From assembly GCA_963695875.1 (NCBI GenBank), contig CAVOID010000003.1, positions 96,001-160,000 of the forward strand: a stretch of DNA of 64,000 nucleotides. The letters run 5' to 3'. Both the position numbers and the translations under genes were made by a program. Shown here one piece after another: positions 10,104 through 20,400 of this stretch. Position 1 is the first letter of the stretch. Every line of letters begins with the position of its first letter. The notes below the pieces were generated by a model. That model saw only the letters and a program-made list of their open reading frames with translations, searched no databases and was not told the origin of the DNA. Source of the stretch: an uncultured delta proteobacterium. Lineage in GTDB: Bacteria; Desulfobacterota; Syntrophia; Syntrophales; UBA2185.

Positions 10104-10904
10104 TTATTTCTTCACCTTCTTGAGATCGTTAAACAACTTCCATGCTTCTTTCGCCGTACTATTTTCATGAATGATGGCTCGCAAAGCCCTTATCATGGCT
10201 ACCGGATAGGGATTCTGCCATACATTTCTCCCAAGATTTATACCTATCGCGCCTTTTTGCATGCCGTCATAGACAAACTCCATGACTTCAAGCTCAGTTT
10301 CACACTTTGGACCACCTGCCATGACTACGGGAACAGGGCAGCCACATACTACTTTGTCGAAGTCTTTACACCAGTAGGTTTTAACCACCCTCGCTCCAAG
10401 TTCGGCAGCGATCCGACAGCTCAGTGCAAGATATCTGGCATCCCGCTTTTCCAACTCCTTACCTACCGCCGTAACCGCCATTACGGGTATGCCGAAATCC
10501 TCACACTCGTTGACCAGCCCTGATAGGTTAGCCAATGATTCACGTTCATAGTCGCTGCCTACAAAGATAGAGATTCCTACAGCTGCTGCATTGAGGCGGA
10601 TAATCTCCTCTATGGAGGTGGTAATGCTTTCATTTGCCAGGTCCTTGCCGACCACACTGGTGCCTCCGGATACCCTGAGAATGACCGGTTTGCTCCCTGC
10701 GGGATCCACTGCCGAGCGTAATACACCCCTGGTTACAAATAGGGCATCACAATAGGGAAGGAGCGGCTTTATGGTTTCCCCCGGTTTCTCTAAACAGGAT
10801 GTCGGTCCCTGGAAATACCCGTGGTCTATAGGAAGGAAAAAACAACGGCCATCAGCCTGAATTAGTTGTGACATGCGGTTCTTCATTCCCCAATCCATAT
10901 TCAA
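10104..10904 (-). CDS. lsrF: LsrF-like class I aldolase/thiolase (DhnA family)
   Basis: MDWGMKNRMS, IDHGYFQGPT, RIAAELGARVVKTY (Schiff-base Lys), MAGGPK, GRNVWQ. Confidence 0.85.
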   Translation of the reverse strand: MNMDWGMKNRMSQLIQADGRCFFLPIDHGYFQGPTSCLEKPGETIKPLLPYCDALFVTRGVLRSAVDPAGSKPVILRVSGGTSVVGKDLANESITTSIEEIIRLNAAAVGISIFVGSDYERESLANLSGLVNECEDFGIPVMAVTAVGKELEKRDARYLALSCRIAAELGARVVKTYWCKDFDKVVCGCPVPVVMAGGPKCETELEVMEFVYDGMQKGAIGINLGRNVWQNPYPVAMIRALRAIIHENSTAKEAWKLFNDLKKVKK

Positions 10905-11129
10905 TTCCTCCTAAAACTGTTTTGGTATTATATATTAAAGGGATATTCTGCTTGACAAATATATTTTAATTATTAAATATTTTCAACACAAAGCTTAAAA
11001 ATACTTCGTTTACTGTCAGCGACTTACTCAAAGAGCAGAGAATTTGTCGTTTCGATCTGCGCCTTCACGGGAAGGATGAAAAATCCTTTAAAAGAGAGGA
11101 TGCAGTAAATCAGGGAAGAAGGGGATCGT

Positions 11130-11558
11130 ATGAAAAAGATACTCCTGGCTATTCTTCTAATTTACGGCTGTATTGGTCCGGTTATGACGCAAAGGGAAGC
11201 TATCGGTGGGAACACATCGTCGCCAGATAAGGTTCAGAAAAGCCTTGTCTTCAGGGACTCCGCAAAATCGATTGAAATAATTACCGGGCAGGAGTTTGCC
11301 ATTGAGCTGGATGCAAACGCAACGACGGGTTATCAATGGCAATTGGCCAAACCGCTGAACAAGCGCATCATAGAACTGTTAAGTACTGAATACCGGGTAT
11401 CTGAAACCGGTCTCGTTGGGGCCGGAGGTAAAGAAGTGTGGAAATTCAGTGCTGTAAACCAGGGGAAAACAATGATTTCCATGAAGTACATCCGGCCGTG
11501 GGAAAAAGATGTTCCCCCTGAAAAGAACGTTCAATTCCGGGTAGTGATCCGTCATTGA
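11130..11558 (+). CDS. Chagasin-family (I42) cysteine-peptidase inhibitor, probable lipoprotein
   Basis: NATTGYQW, GAGG and YIRPWE inhibitory loops; signal ending in YGC. Confidence 0.88.
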   Translation: MKKILLAILLIYGCIGPVMTQREAIGGNTSSPDKVQKSLVFRDSAKSIEIITGQEFAIELDANATTGYQWQLAKPLNKRIIELLSTEYRVSETGLVGAGGKEVWKFSAVNQGKTMISMKYIRPWEKDVPPEKNVQFRVVIRH

Positions 11559-11635
11559 CAGCGCAAGCGTAGATAGGGCAAAATATACTAATTCGAACGC
11601 GGAGCCCAATATAAATATTGTCCATTGAGTTAGCG

Positions 11636-12781
11636 ATGACACTTTTTCTCCTCACCTTTTTCTTAGTATATGGAGGGGCGCATCTATACCTCTTTGCTAA
11701 GATAAAGGCTGTTCTACATCTCAGCACCGGGGTCAACATATGCCTGATAACCTTTATGGTGATCATGATCCTCGCCCCTATCGCTGTACGGATATCCGAA
11801 CGATACGGCTATGAAACAGTTGCACGTTTCATGTCTTACACAGGTTATATATGGATGGGGGTGTTGTTCCTATTCTTTATTTCCTCCCTGTTGTTTGATC
11901 TCTACCGCCTCCTGACGTACACAGCTGCTCTTATTCTCCACAGGGATCTTTCTCATCTGACTCTTTCACCTCTGTATGCCATTATGGTACCCATGCTCAT
12001 TTCTTTAGGCATCAACACGTATGGCTATTTCGAGGCAAAAACAATCAGAATAGAAAAAATGACTATTCAATCTTCCAAAATCCCCGAAGCAGCGGGACGG
12101 ATCAGGATCGTGCAGATGTCCGACGTGCATATTGGACTCATTGTGCGGGATGAACGTCTGCAACGGATCGTGGAAGAGATAAAAAAAGCGGACCCAGACA
12201 TACTGGTAGCAACAGGTGACCTCCTGGATGGACAGATCAATCGTCTTGAGGAACCGCTAGCCCTTCTACGGGATATAAATCCCCGCTACGGTAAATTTGC
12301 CATCACAGGTAATCATGAATTCTTTGCCGGTATAGACCAGGCTCTTGCTTTTTTACGGAATGCAGGCTTTGTGGTCCTCCGGGGAGAGGGTCTGAATGTG
12401 GCGGGAGTGGTTAATATCGCCGGCGTCGACGATCCGACCGGAGTCAGGTTTGGTCTGGCCCGACCGGTTTCGGAGAAGGCTCTGCTATCAGGACTTGCCG
12501 GGCAGTACTTCACCGTCCTCCTCAAGCACCAGCCGGTTGTGGATAACGACGCGGTCGCGTATTTTGATTTGCAGCTCTCAGGGCATACACATGGGGGACA
12601 GATTTTCCCCTTCAACTTCGTCACAAAGCGCTTTTTCCCCCTTAATAGAGGATATTTCACCCTCCCGAATCACTCGCGTTTATACGTAAGCCGGGGCGCA
12701 GGCACATGGGGGCCGCCTATCCGCTTTCTCTCACCTCCGGAAATCGCGGTGATTGATCTGGTCCACGACAGAAAGTACTGA
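11636..12781 (+). CDS. Membrane-anchored metallophosphoesterase (YkuE/YaeI-like)
   Basis: Hydrophobic N-terminus, SDVH, GDLLD, GNHE, LLKHQP, SGHTHGGQ. Confidence 0.9.
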   Translation: MTLFLLTFFLVYGGAHLYLFAKIKAVLHLSTGVNICLITFMVIMILAPIAVRISERYGYETVARFMSYTGYIWMGVLFLFFISSLLFDLYRLLTYTAALILHRDLSHLTLSPLYAIMVPMLISLGINTYGYFEAKTIRIEKMTIQSSKIPEAAGRIRIVQMSDVHIGLIVRDERLQRIVEEIKKADPDILVATGDLLDGQINRLEEPLALLRDINPRYGKFAITGNHEFFAGIDQALAFLRNAGFVVLRGEGLNVAGVVNIAGVDDPTGVRFGLARPVSEKALLSGLAGQYFTVLLKHQPVVDNDAVAYFDLQLSGHTHGGQIFPFNFVTKRFFPLNRGYFTLPNHSRLYVSRGAGTWGPPIRFLSPPEIAVIDLVHDRKY

Positions 12782-12839
12782 ACAATTTTAAAAATCACCT
12801 CAATTACTTTAGAAATGAAGGAGTTTTAAGGAGGTCTCA

Positions 12840-12935
12840 ATGGAAAATAAGAAAAAAATCGCGTGGAAATTTTTATGGTTTCTGGTGGGTATAGCCGCCG
12901 TAACATCCATCCTGTTTCTATTAGTTGGTCGGTGA
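12840..12935 (+). CDS. 31-aa single-pass membrane microprotein (absent from the ORF track)
   Basis: RBS taaggaggt, MENKKKIAWKFLWFLVGIAAVTSILFLLVGR, terminator downstream. Confidence 0.65.
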   Translation: MENKKKIAWKFLWFLVGIAAVTSILFLLVGR

Positions 12936-13009
12936 TCACAGACCGGGAAGGGAACACTATAGTCGCGACAAAATAATAGCTAAATAACAACGTTATAATA
13001 CCTAATCAT

Positions 13010-13034
13010 AAGCCGGATGCCCTCCGGTTTTTTT
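13010..13034 (+). terminator. Rho-independent terminator
   Basis: aagccggatgccctccggttttttt. Confidence 0.75.
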
Positions 13035-13324
13035 ATTTCAATTGATTTCATCCACGGGTCTTTACCGTTACCATGAATCGAAGGTTAAGTATTGTTGAAT
13101 AGAGAGAGGGAATAAAAAGGCTGCCTGCACAATCGAAAAATCTTACCCTCTATCTGGAATGCAGGCTAAGTTATCGGGATCCTGGCAAGAACGAGTGCGA
13201 GAAGCCCTCTGGTTCAAAAGGAATGGAGAAGGAAAAGAAAAATCCTTCAGAGAACTTGAAAACAGAAAAAACATGGTTATACTAATAACAAGTATCAATA
13301 TGAACATGAGGATATAGGTATTAT

Positions 13325-15073
13325 ATGGAAAAAGACATAGATGTCAATGAGATACAAAAAGACTTAAGCGAATATATCTCAAAGAAGTATGGGAAAAAAT
13401 TACATATTGCCGGATTCGGACCGGTTCCGGAGACGTCTAAGGATAAAGGTGAAGACGCGGAGAAGCAGACCAGGACGGGGGTTGAATCTATACATTTCGA
13501 CATGAAGCCGGGGGAATTAAAGGCCTACCTTGATGAGTATATGGTCAAGCAGGATGAAGCAAAGCAAGTCCTGGCTACGAAAATTTGTACTCATTTTAAT
13601 CGGATCAAGAGATTTGAGCTGAACCGTAAGAAAAAGCGGCCGGATACAATCGGGGAGATCAAGAATAACATTATTATGGTCGGTCCGACAGGTGTAGGCA
13701 AGACCTTCCTGGTTAGACTAATCGCTAACAAGATTGGAGTTCCCTTTGTCAAGGGCGATGCCACAAAATTCAGCGAAACAGGATATGTCGGCGGTGATGT
13801 AGAAGATCTGGTGCGAGACCTGGTTTATGAAGCCAAAGGAGATATCGAACTCGCCCAGTACGGGATCATATACCTGGATGAGGTAGACAAAATTGCCTCA
13901 TCGCACACCCTGATTGGGCCGGACGTATCCCGCTCCGGCGTCCAGCGTGCCCTGCTGAAGCCCATGGAAGAAACTGAGGTGGAGCTTAAGGTGCCCCATG
14001 ACCCGATTTCTCAGATGGAGGCCATACAGGAATATCAAAGAACCGGGAAGCGCGAAAAGAAGAAAATCAGCACCAAACATATACTGTTCATCATGAGCGG
14101 GGCGTTCAACGGGCTGGATGCAATCGTCAAAAAGCGGCTCAACCGCCAGGGGATCGGCTTTGGAGCAGAGATCCAACAAAAAGATGAACATACCGAGTAT
14201 CTGAAGCATTTGAAAGCAGAGGATCTGATTCAGTACGGTTTCGAGTCGGAATTCATCGGCAGATTACCGGTGGTAACTGTCTTTGAACCCCTGGAGGTGG
14301 AGGATCTTTATAAGATTCTGCGCAATCCCAAAAGTCCTATCATCATCGGGAAGAAACGTGACTTCAAGGCCTATGGCATTGATCTCCATTTTGAAGATGA
14401 AGCTCTCCATAACATCGCGGAAAACGCCTGCATGGAACGGACTGGGGCCCGTGGTCTGGTGAGCGCCGTGGAACGCGTCCTCATGAAGTTCGAACACACG
14501 CTGCCCTCCACGCATATCCGTCATCTCATTGTCACGAGTGATATGGTGGACGATCCGCATGGAGAGCTCCATAAAATCCTCACTTATCCCGATGACCCGG
14601 AAAGGGAAGCAGCCTTTCAGTGCCTGCTGACACAGGAAGAGGTGGGCTTGGAAAGATATATCAGGGAGAAGGCGCCTGGCTGGCAGCAGTCTTACGGAAC
14701 CAATTTCTCTGATGCTAGAATTAAGCTCATCACCAGGCATACTTTGGAACAACAGACAGATGTGGAAATTACGATTGAAGAAATGCAAGCTATCCAGCAG
14801 TTAGTTCAGGATTTTGCCAAAAAATTCTCCGCCCGGAACGAACTGGAAATATCGTTCACCGACGGAGCCATAGACTATTTAGCAGAAAAGATCTGGAAGG
14901 AACCTCAGGACCTTTCAGCATACCTGAAGTCAGCGCTGCAAAATTATGACCATGGGCTGAAACTTATTAAAGAAAAGACCGGAAAGCGGCAATTCCTCAT
15001 TCCTGCGGAAGGAGTGGAGAACCCTGGGCAATTCTTGAACAGCTTAATTCAGGAAGCTTACCGGAAGACGTGA
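13325..15073 (+). CDS. ClpX-like AAA+ ATPase lacking the N-terminal zinc domain and carrying a long C-terminal extension
   Basis: GPTGVGKT, DATKFSETGYVG, IYLDEVDKI, IGF loop (QGIGFGA), EFIGRLP, TGARGL. Confidence 0.85.
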   Translation: MEKDIDVNEIQKDLSEYISKKYGKKLHIAGFGPVPETSKDKGEDAEKQTRTGVESIHFDMKPGELKAYLDEYMVKQDEAKQVLATKICTHFNRIKRFELNRKKKRPDTIGEIKNNIIMVGPTGVGKTFLVRLIANKIGVPFVKGDATKFSETGYVGGDVEDLVRDLVYEAKGDIELAQYGIIYLDEVDKIASSHTLIGPDVSRSGVQRALLKPMEETEVELKVPHDPISQMEAIQEYQRTGKREKKKISTKHILFIMSGAFNGLDAIVKKRLNRQGIGFGAEIQQKDEHTEYLKHLKAEDLIQYGFESEFIGRLPVVTVFEPLEVEDLYKILRNPKSPIIIGKKRDFKAYGIDLHFEDEALHNIAENACMERTGARGLVSAVERVLMKFEHTLPSTHIRHLIVTSDMVDDPHGELHKILTYPDDPEREAAFQCLLTQEEVGLERYIREKAPGWQQSYGTNFSDARIKLITRHTLEQQTDVEITIEEMQAIQQLVQDFAKKFSARNELEISFTDGAIDYLAEKIWKEPQDLSAYLKSALQNYDHGLKLIKEKTGKRQFLIPAEGVENPGQFLNSLIQEAYRKT

Positions 15074-15145
15074 GTATAGAGGGATTAAATTGATTCATTA
15101 CCCAGTAGCTTGTAAGAATCAGCATGCCTTGAATAATGCTTCCGG

Positions 15146-16697
15146 TCACGGCAACAGAAGCTGATTGTCCCGCGATCTTGATTCCCCTATACTGGTAACA
15201 TAAATTGCCGGCTGTCCGAGAACAGGGCACTTTGCCTCACAAATCCCGCAGCCGATACAGAGCTCAAGGTCGACTCTGGGTTGTTTTAATATAATCTCCT
15301 TTCCCTCTCTGTTTCTGACCTTTACCTGTTCAAACCAGATAGACTTCTTCGGGGTGGGGCAGACCTCTTCACAGACGATGCAAGGTGTGGCATGGGCATG
15401 GGGGAGGCATCTTCCCTTATCAATCATGGCAAGACCTAATTTGACTTTCGTTTTCTCTGAAAGCTCTAATCTCTTTATCGCACCTGTAGGACAGACTTGC
15501 CCGCAGAGGGTGCATCGGTATTCACAGTATCCGATGCGAGGAACAAGGACAGGTGACCATATCCCCTCGATGCCCGCTTCAAGGAATGTCGGTTGGAGGC
15601 CGTTGGTAATGCAGACCTTCATGCATTCTCCGCATTTTATGCATCTCCTCAGAAATTGCTTTTCTTCGAGGGCGCCCGGTGGTCTGATTAATTTAGGATC
15701 GGGAACCCCCGCCTTGACGATAGGTGTGATCCTCAATAGCGGGACCGCGATAAGCCCGGATATAATCGAACCGATCATCCGCCTTTTGCCGAGGTCCATT
15801 CCTGCAACGGGTTGATGTTTCATGAAACCGAAATAGACTGCATTTTGAGGACAGAGATCGTCACAGTTCATACAGACAAGGCATTCAGAATTTCTCCAGT
15901 TTTCCTTCAAGATCAGGAGCGGCATTCCCCTGACAGACAGATGAACAAGCTCCACACTCATTACAACCTTCGCTCACTGACCTTCTAAGGAGGGCATATC
16001 GGGATAGTATGCCCAGAAAAGCACCCAAGGGGCAGAGATGCTTGCACCAGAAACGTCTCTCCAGAAGATTCAATCCCAGAACAAGAAGAAACAGCAGTCC
16101 TATAAAGGCGCTCTGGAGGTAAAAGGGCTGCTGGAATGGGAGAAAAAGTTTCTTAAAGAGCGAGTAGATGAATTCGGAGATATTAACGAGGAAAGGAATG
16201 TTTGTATTATAGACCGCATCAAATATGGAAGTCGTCGCATAGCTGGTTAATGGATAAACTGCCAGCGAAAGAGAGCGGATCAGAAGAGAAATGGGATCAA
16301 CAATCCCGATGAGCTGAAGTGAGAAAAGGGACGAGGTGAGGAGAAAAATCAGGATATAATACTTGAACCGGTACCAGTTTATGGCTGCTGTTTTGCCTCG
16401 TTGTCTTTTCAGGGTACCCACCATGTTGTTCAGGGTTCCCAGGGGACATACCCAACCACAGAAGACCCTCCCCAGGAGCACCGTTGCGATGATCACGAAA
16501 GTGGCGAGGAAAAATGTTTGATACCAATTGCGGCCGGCTAGGATCGTTGTGATGAAAATCAGCGGGTCCGCATCTAAAAATATCTTTACGGGGTAGCCGA
16601 GATCATTGGCCCCTTTCGCTTCGGTCTGAAGAAAGAGCCACAAAAAAAGCAGTAAAAAAAGAGCCTGCGTAGCTATGCGAATTCTTTTGATCATCAA
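15146..16697 (-). CDS. Membrane polyferredoxin (NapH/MauN-like part fused to a NapG/MauM-like 4Fe-4S domain), one frameshift near 15900
   Basis: GRVFCGWVCPLG, RFWCKHLCPLG, IRPPGA, several CxxCxxCxxxCP motifs. Confidence 0.85.
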
Positions 16698-17596
16698 ACA
16701 TTAATCTTCTTGATTTTCAATTTTGACAGGTCCATCGTACCGAGTCCTGCCTTGTATCCCGCTACTACATAACCGATGTTCGCTCCCTTCAAGCCGAAGA
16801 GCGTGGCCCCAAAAGCGTCAACTGCCACCTGATCCGTTCCCGCAATGACCGTATTAAGTTGTTTCACATCTGCAAGGTCCCCGCCCTGCGGTCCATTTGC
16901 GGTCAGGATACGCACCGCATCAAGTACGATAAGGGCGGGCTTGATGGTCATGGCAACATCGACGAGACTCCCCTCGATCTTCTGGTGTATCCTGCCTCGC
17001 GATCCACCCATGATTCCCATCCAGTTCTTCATTCCGAGGGTAAGGGTGGAGAGGCTGTGTGCCTTTGCGATCGGGATATTGATGATCTTGTCTGCCTCAA
17101 TTATCTCCGTATAGAGAGGCCATGATTTAAGGGCAATGCCCGGTAACTTCAGTTCTCGAAATTTTCTTTCATCTACATAGCTGATAATGCCACCCACTGC
17201 TGAAGCAGCATCGGCAATACCGCTCTGTTTATAACACCGCCTTGGATCTACAACGCTGCGGTCAAAGACCTTAACCTGTTTTGCTCCCACCTCATAGCAC
17301 AGCCTGACAACTGCAGATACAACCTCCGGGTTTGTGGTTGCCGCATATTCAGGTATTCTATCCCATCCGATGTTTGGCTTGACAACAACAATATCTCCTT
17401 TCGATATAAATCTTTTCATTCCACCCAGGCCATCAATGGCAGCCTTCGTTATCTTTGTGGGTGAAATGCCGTGGGCGACGACAAGGTCTGTCTTCTCGGC
17501 AGCCTCCAGGGCACCGAGGAATGTGTCCGCAGCACCCGGGACGGCGAACGCTACGCCGGTTACAATGGCGGCTTTGAGAAAATCTCTTCGATCCAT
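16694..17596 (-). CDS. DUF362-family protein with a Tat signal
   Basis: MDRRDFLK twin-arginine signal, VVKPNIGW, TNPEVV, TLGMKNWMG, DQVAVD. Confidence 0.85.
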   Translation of the reverse strand: MDRRDFLKAAIVTGVAFAVPGAADTFLGALEAAEKTDLVVAHGISPTKITKAAIDGLGGMKRFISKGDIVVVKPNIGWDRIPEYAATTNPEVVSAVVRLCYEVGAKQVKVFDRSVVDPRRCYKQSGIADAASAVGGIISYVDERKFRELKLPGIALKSWPLYTEIIEADKIINIPIAKAHSLSTLTLGMKNWMGIMGGSRGRIHQKIEGSLVDVAMTIKPALIVLDAVRILTANGPQGGDLADVKQLNTVIAGTDQVAVDAFGATLFGLKGANIGYVVAGYKAGLGTMDLSKLKIKKINV

Positions 17597-17948
17597 AGGT
17601 ACTCAATCAAAAAATGTAAACAAGTTGTCATTAATTATGATTGTATTACTGACGACAGGAGTAATCTATTACTTTTACCTTGATCTGTCCAACAATTTTC
17701 CCAAGTTGAAGGAAGGATGCCCAGTCACGGCCTTCCACCAGCTTGATATGTGTCGCATCAACCCCCACCTGGTTGAAGGTCGGATCACCCGTAAGATGTT
17801 TCATTCCCTTACCATTCATCAGCAATCCGGACATAAAAAGTAGTGGCAAAAAACCCATTTCATATTTATACTTGTATTTCAATGGCATTAAGAATGACGT
17901 CATCAGGTAAATAAAGCATCCTTCTGAAATAAATTCGGGGACAATAAT

Positions 17949-19751
17949 ATGAAAAAACAACATAAATTTTCTGTCTGGTATGTCCTTATAGGTATTTGGG
18001 CGGTTTTGCTGATCCAGAGTTATATCGCCTCCATGTTTGCCGTTCAGACTATTCCGTACAGCCAGTTTTTAAACTTCCTCAAGGCGGGAAAGATTGTTGA
18101 AGTCGCCATAACGGCCAATCAGATTCAGGGCAAGATGAAAGTTGAAGGTGGCGCTCCCGATGACACAAAGACCTTCAAAACCATACGTGTTGACCCGGAG
18201 TTGTCCACCATCCTAGATCAGTACAAAGTCGTTTTCAAAGGGGAAATAGAATCTACTTTTCTCCGTGACCTCTTTTCGTGGGTCTTCCCCTTAATACTTT
18301 TTGTCGGCATCTGGTACTTCTTAATGAAGAAAATGGGGGCTCAGCAGGCGGGTTTCATGACCATCGGCAAAAACAAGGCAAAGATATATATGGAAAATGA
18401 ATTGAACGTTACCTTCAAAGACGTTGCCGGTGTTGACGAAGCTAAGCAGGAGCTGATCGAAGTTGTCGAATTCTTGAAAAACCCGGGGAAATTTACCGAA
18501 CTGGGAGGCAGGATACCCAAGGGCATCCTTCTCGTGGGTCCCCCGGGAACGGGGAAAACCCTCCTGGCCAAGGCCGTCGCCGGTGAAAGCGGCGTGCCTT
18601 TCTTCAGCCTCTCCGGATCGGAATTTGTAGAGATGTTCGTGGGACTGGGAGCGGCACGGGTGCGTGATCTTTTTGTCCAGGCCAAAGAGAAGGCCCCCTG
18701 TATCATCTTTATCGATGAACTCGACGCCCTGGGAAAGGCCCGTGGCATCGGGACATTTGGGGGACACGATGAACGGGAACAAACGCTAAATCAGCTTCTG
18801 GCGGAAATGGACGGTTTCGATCCGAAGGTAGGAGTCATTCTCATGGCCGCAACGAACAGGCCGGAAATTCTGGACCCCGCCCTCCTCAGGCCCGGCCGGT
18901 TCGATCGCCATGTCCTTGTGGACCGCCCCGATAAGACCGGACGGATGGAGATCCTGAAGGTTCACCTGAGAAATATAAAAGCAGTGGAAGACCTTGACTT
19001 GGAGAAACTGGCGAACATGACCCCGGGCATGGTAGGTGCGGACCTCGCCAACCTGGTCAATGAAGCGGCGCTCCTCGCCGTCAGAAGAGAGAAGAAAGAG
19101 GTGGGGATGCCCGAATTCGAGGAGGCTGTCGAAAGGGTTGTGGCGGGACTCGAAAAAAAGAACCGTTTGATAAATCCCGATGAGAGGAAAACCGTGGCCT
19201 ATCACGAGATGGGTCATGCCATTGTGGCCTTATCTCTCCCCGGTACCGATCCGGTCCAAAAGATCTCCATAATACCTCGCGGCATTGCCGCCCTCGGTTA
19301 TACCATGCAGGTTCCTACAGGGGATCGCTTCCTCATGAAGAAGACCGAACTCCTCAACAAGGTCGCCTCCCTCCTTGGAGGCAGGGCGGCGGAAGAAATC
19401 ATATTCGGAGATATATCCACTGGCGCCCATAACGATCTCGCGAGGGCTACGGACATCACAAAGAGCATGATCAAAGAATACGGCATGAGTGACAGATTGG
19501 GTCAGGTGTACTTCGCTCACGAGAAGCGACAGCAGTTCCTCGATATAGGCATGCGGGAGACTGGTGACTACAGCAACGCCACGGCAGAAGCCATCGACGA
19601 AGAAATAAAAACGATTATCAGCACGGAATATGCAAAGGCACTCGAGATTCTCAGAAGCAAGAAGGATATCCTGCAAAAAGGTGCCGAATTGCTGCTTGAA
19701 AAAGAAAAGATAGAAGGGGCGGAGATAAAGGCTTTGATGGCAAATCAATAA
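17949..19751 (+). CDS. ftsH: ATP-dependent zinc metalloprotease FtsH
   Basis: Two TM helices, [35 protein letters not shown]. Confidence 0.96.
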   Translation: MKKQHKFSVWYVLIGIWAVLLIQSYIASMFAVQTIPYSQFLNFLKAGKIVEVAITANQIQGKMKVEGGAPDDTKTFKTIRVDPELSTILDQYKVVFKGEIESTFLRDLFSWVFPLILFVGIWYFLMKKMGAQQAGFMTIGKNKAKIYMENELNVTFKDVAGVDEAKQELIEVVEFLKNPGKFTELGGRIPKGILLVGPPGTGKTLLAKAVAGESGVPFFSLSGSEFVEMFVGLGAARVRDLFVQAKEKAPCIIFIDELDALGKARGIGTFGGHDEREQTLNQLLAEMDGFDPKVGVILMAATNRPEILDPALLRPGRFDRHVLVDRPDKTGRMEILKVHLRNIKAVEDLDLEKLANMTPGMVGADLANLVNEAALLAVRREKKEVGMPEFEEAVERVVAGLEKKNRLINPDERKTVAYHEMGHAIVALSLPGTDPVQKISIIPRGIAALGYTMQVPTGDRFLMKKTELLNKVASLLGGRAAEEIIFGDISTGAHNDLARATDITKSMIKEYGMSDRLGQVYFAHEKRQQFLDIGMRETGDYSNATAEAIDEEIKTIISTEYAKALEILRSKKDILQKGAELLLEKEKIEGAEIKALMANQ

Positions 19752-19862
19752 AAGACCAATCGAGAAGCTTTCAATTACATCGCTGGCAGCTTTTCGTTTG
19801 ACAGGCATAAAGACTTCCTCTATACTCCGCACCTCAAACGACGATAGTGAAAGGATTAAGCA

Positions 19863-20201
19863 GTGGCTAAAAAAGAAGCAACTGATGAAATTATCTCCGG
19901 AGATGGTATTAAAACGTCTGAGGGAGTTGTGCTCTGTTCCTGTAGTTTAGCGTGCCGTGTATGCGGAACTTCGGATCTTTTCGAATGGCCGGAAAATAAA
20001 ATAAGCCCTGAAGATGTGGAAGGTATAGATTCGCTAGGTCTTATAATAGCTGTAGCGCACAGCAAGAACTGGATTGCGCAACGTGTTGTTAATGTTCAAG
20101 AAGGAAAACGTTCACTGTTCGTGTTATGCCCGACCTGTCTGGCGCTGTTCTTCTCAGCCACGACAACACCGGCCGGTGCTGATGTAAAAGAGAAATCTTA
20201 G
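19863..20201 (+). CDS. Hypothetical protein with two CxxC motifs
   Basis: 112-aa ORF with CRVC and CPTC; purine-rich sequence upstream. Confidence 0.55.
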   Translation: MAKKEATDEIISGDGIKTSEGVVLCSCSLACRVCGTSDLFEWPENKISPEDVEGIDSLGLIIAVAHSKNWIAQRVVNVQEGKRSLFVLCPTCLALFFSATTTPAGADVKEKS

Positions 20202-20400
20202 TATTCGGTCCGGTGACATTCCTTTAATAAAATGCCCATAGATATGGCACAATCCCTGATCGCCTGCTGGTAGCTTCCAATCCATATTAAGACAATCCCC
20301 CCTGTACTGCATAATACAATATTACTCCTCACACCTACAGAAGGCAGACGAGGGAGGAGTATTGACATTTTATGCATTAATGATGATACTATAAAAAAGA

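Noticed and set aside
13095..13262. Possible structured RNA (6S-like or riboswitch) upstream of the ClpX-like gene
   Set aside because: There are local hairpins (gcctgca..tgcaggc) and a ggttcaa word, but no family consensus could be matched by eye; left unresolved
17646..17830. Short minus-strand ORF faintly resembling a DUF362 C-terminus
   Set aside because: Similarity is limited to a few residues (NQVGVDAT) and there is no convincing RBS
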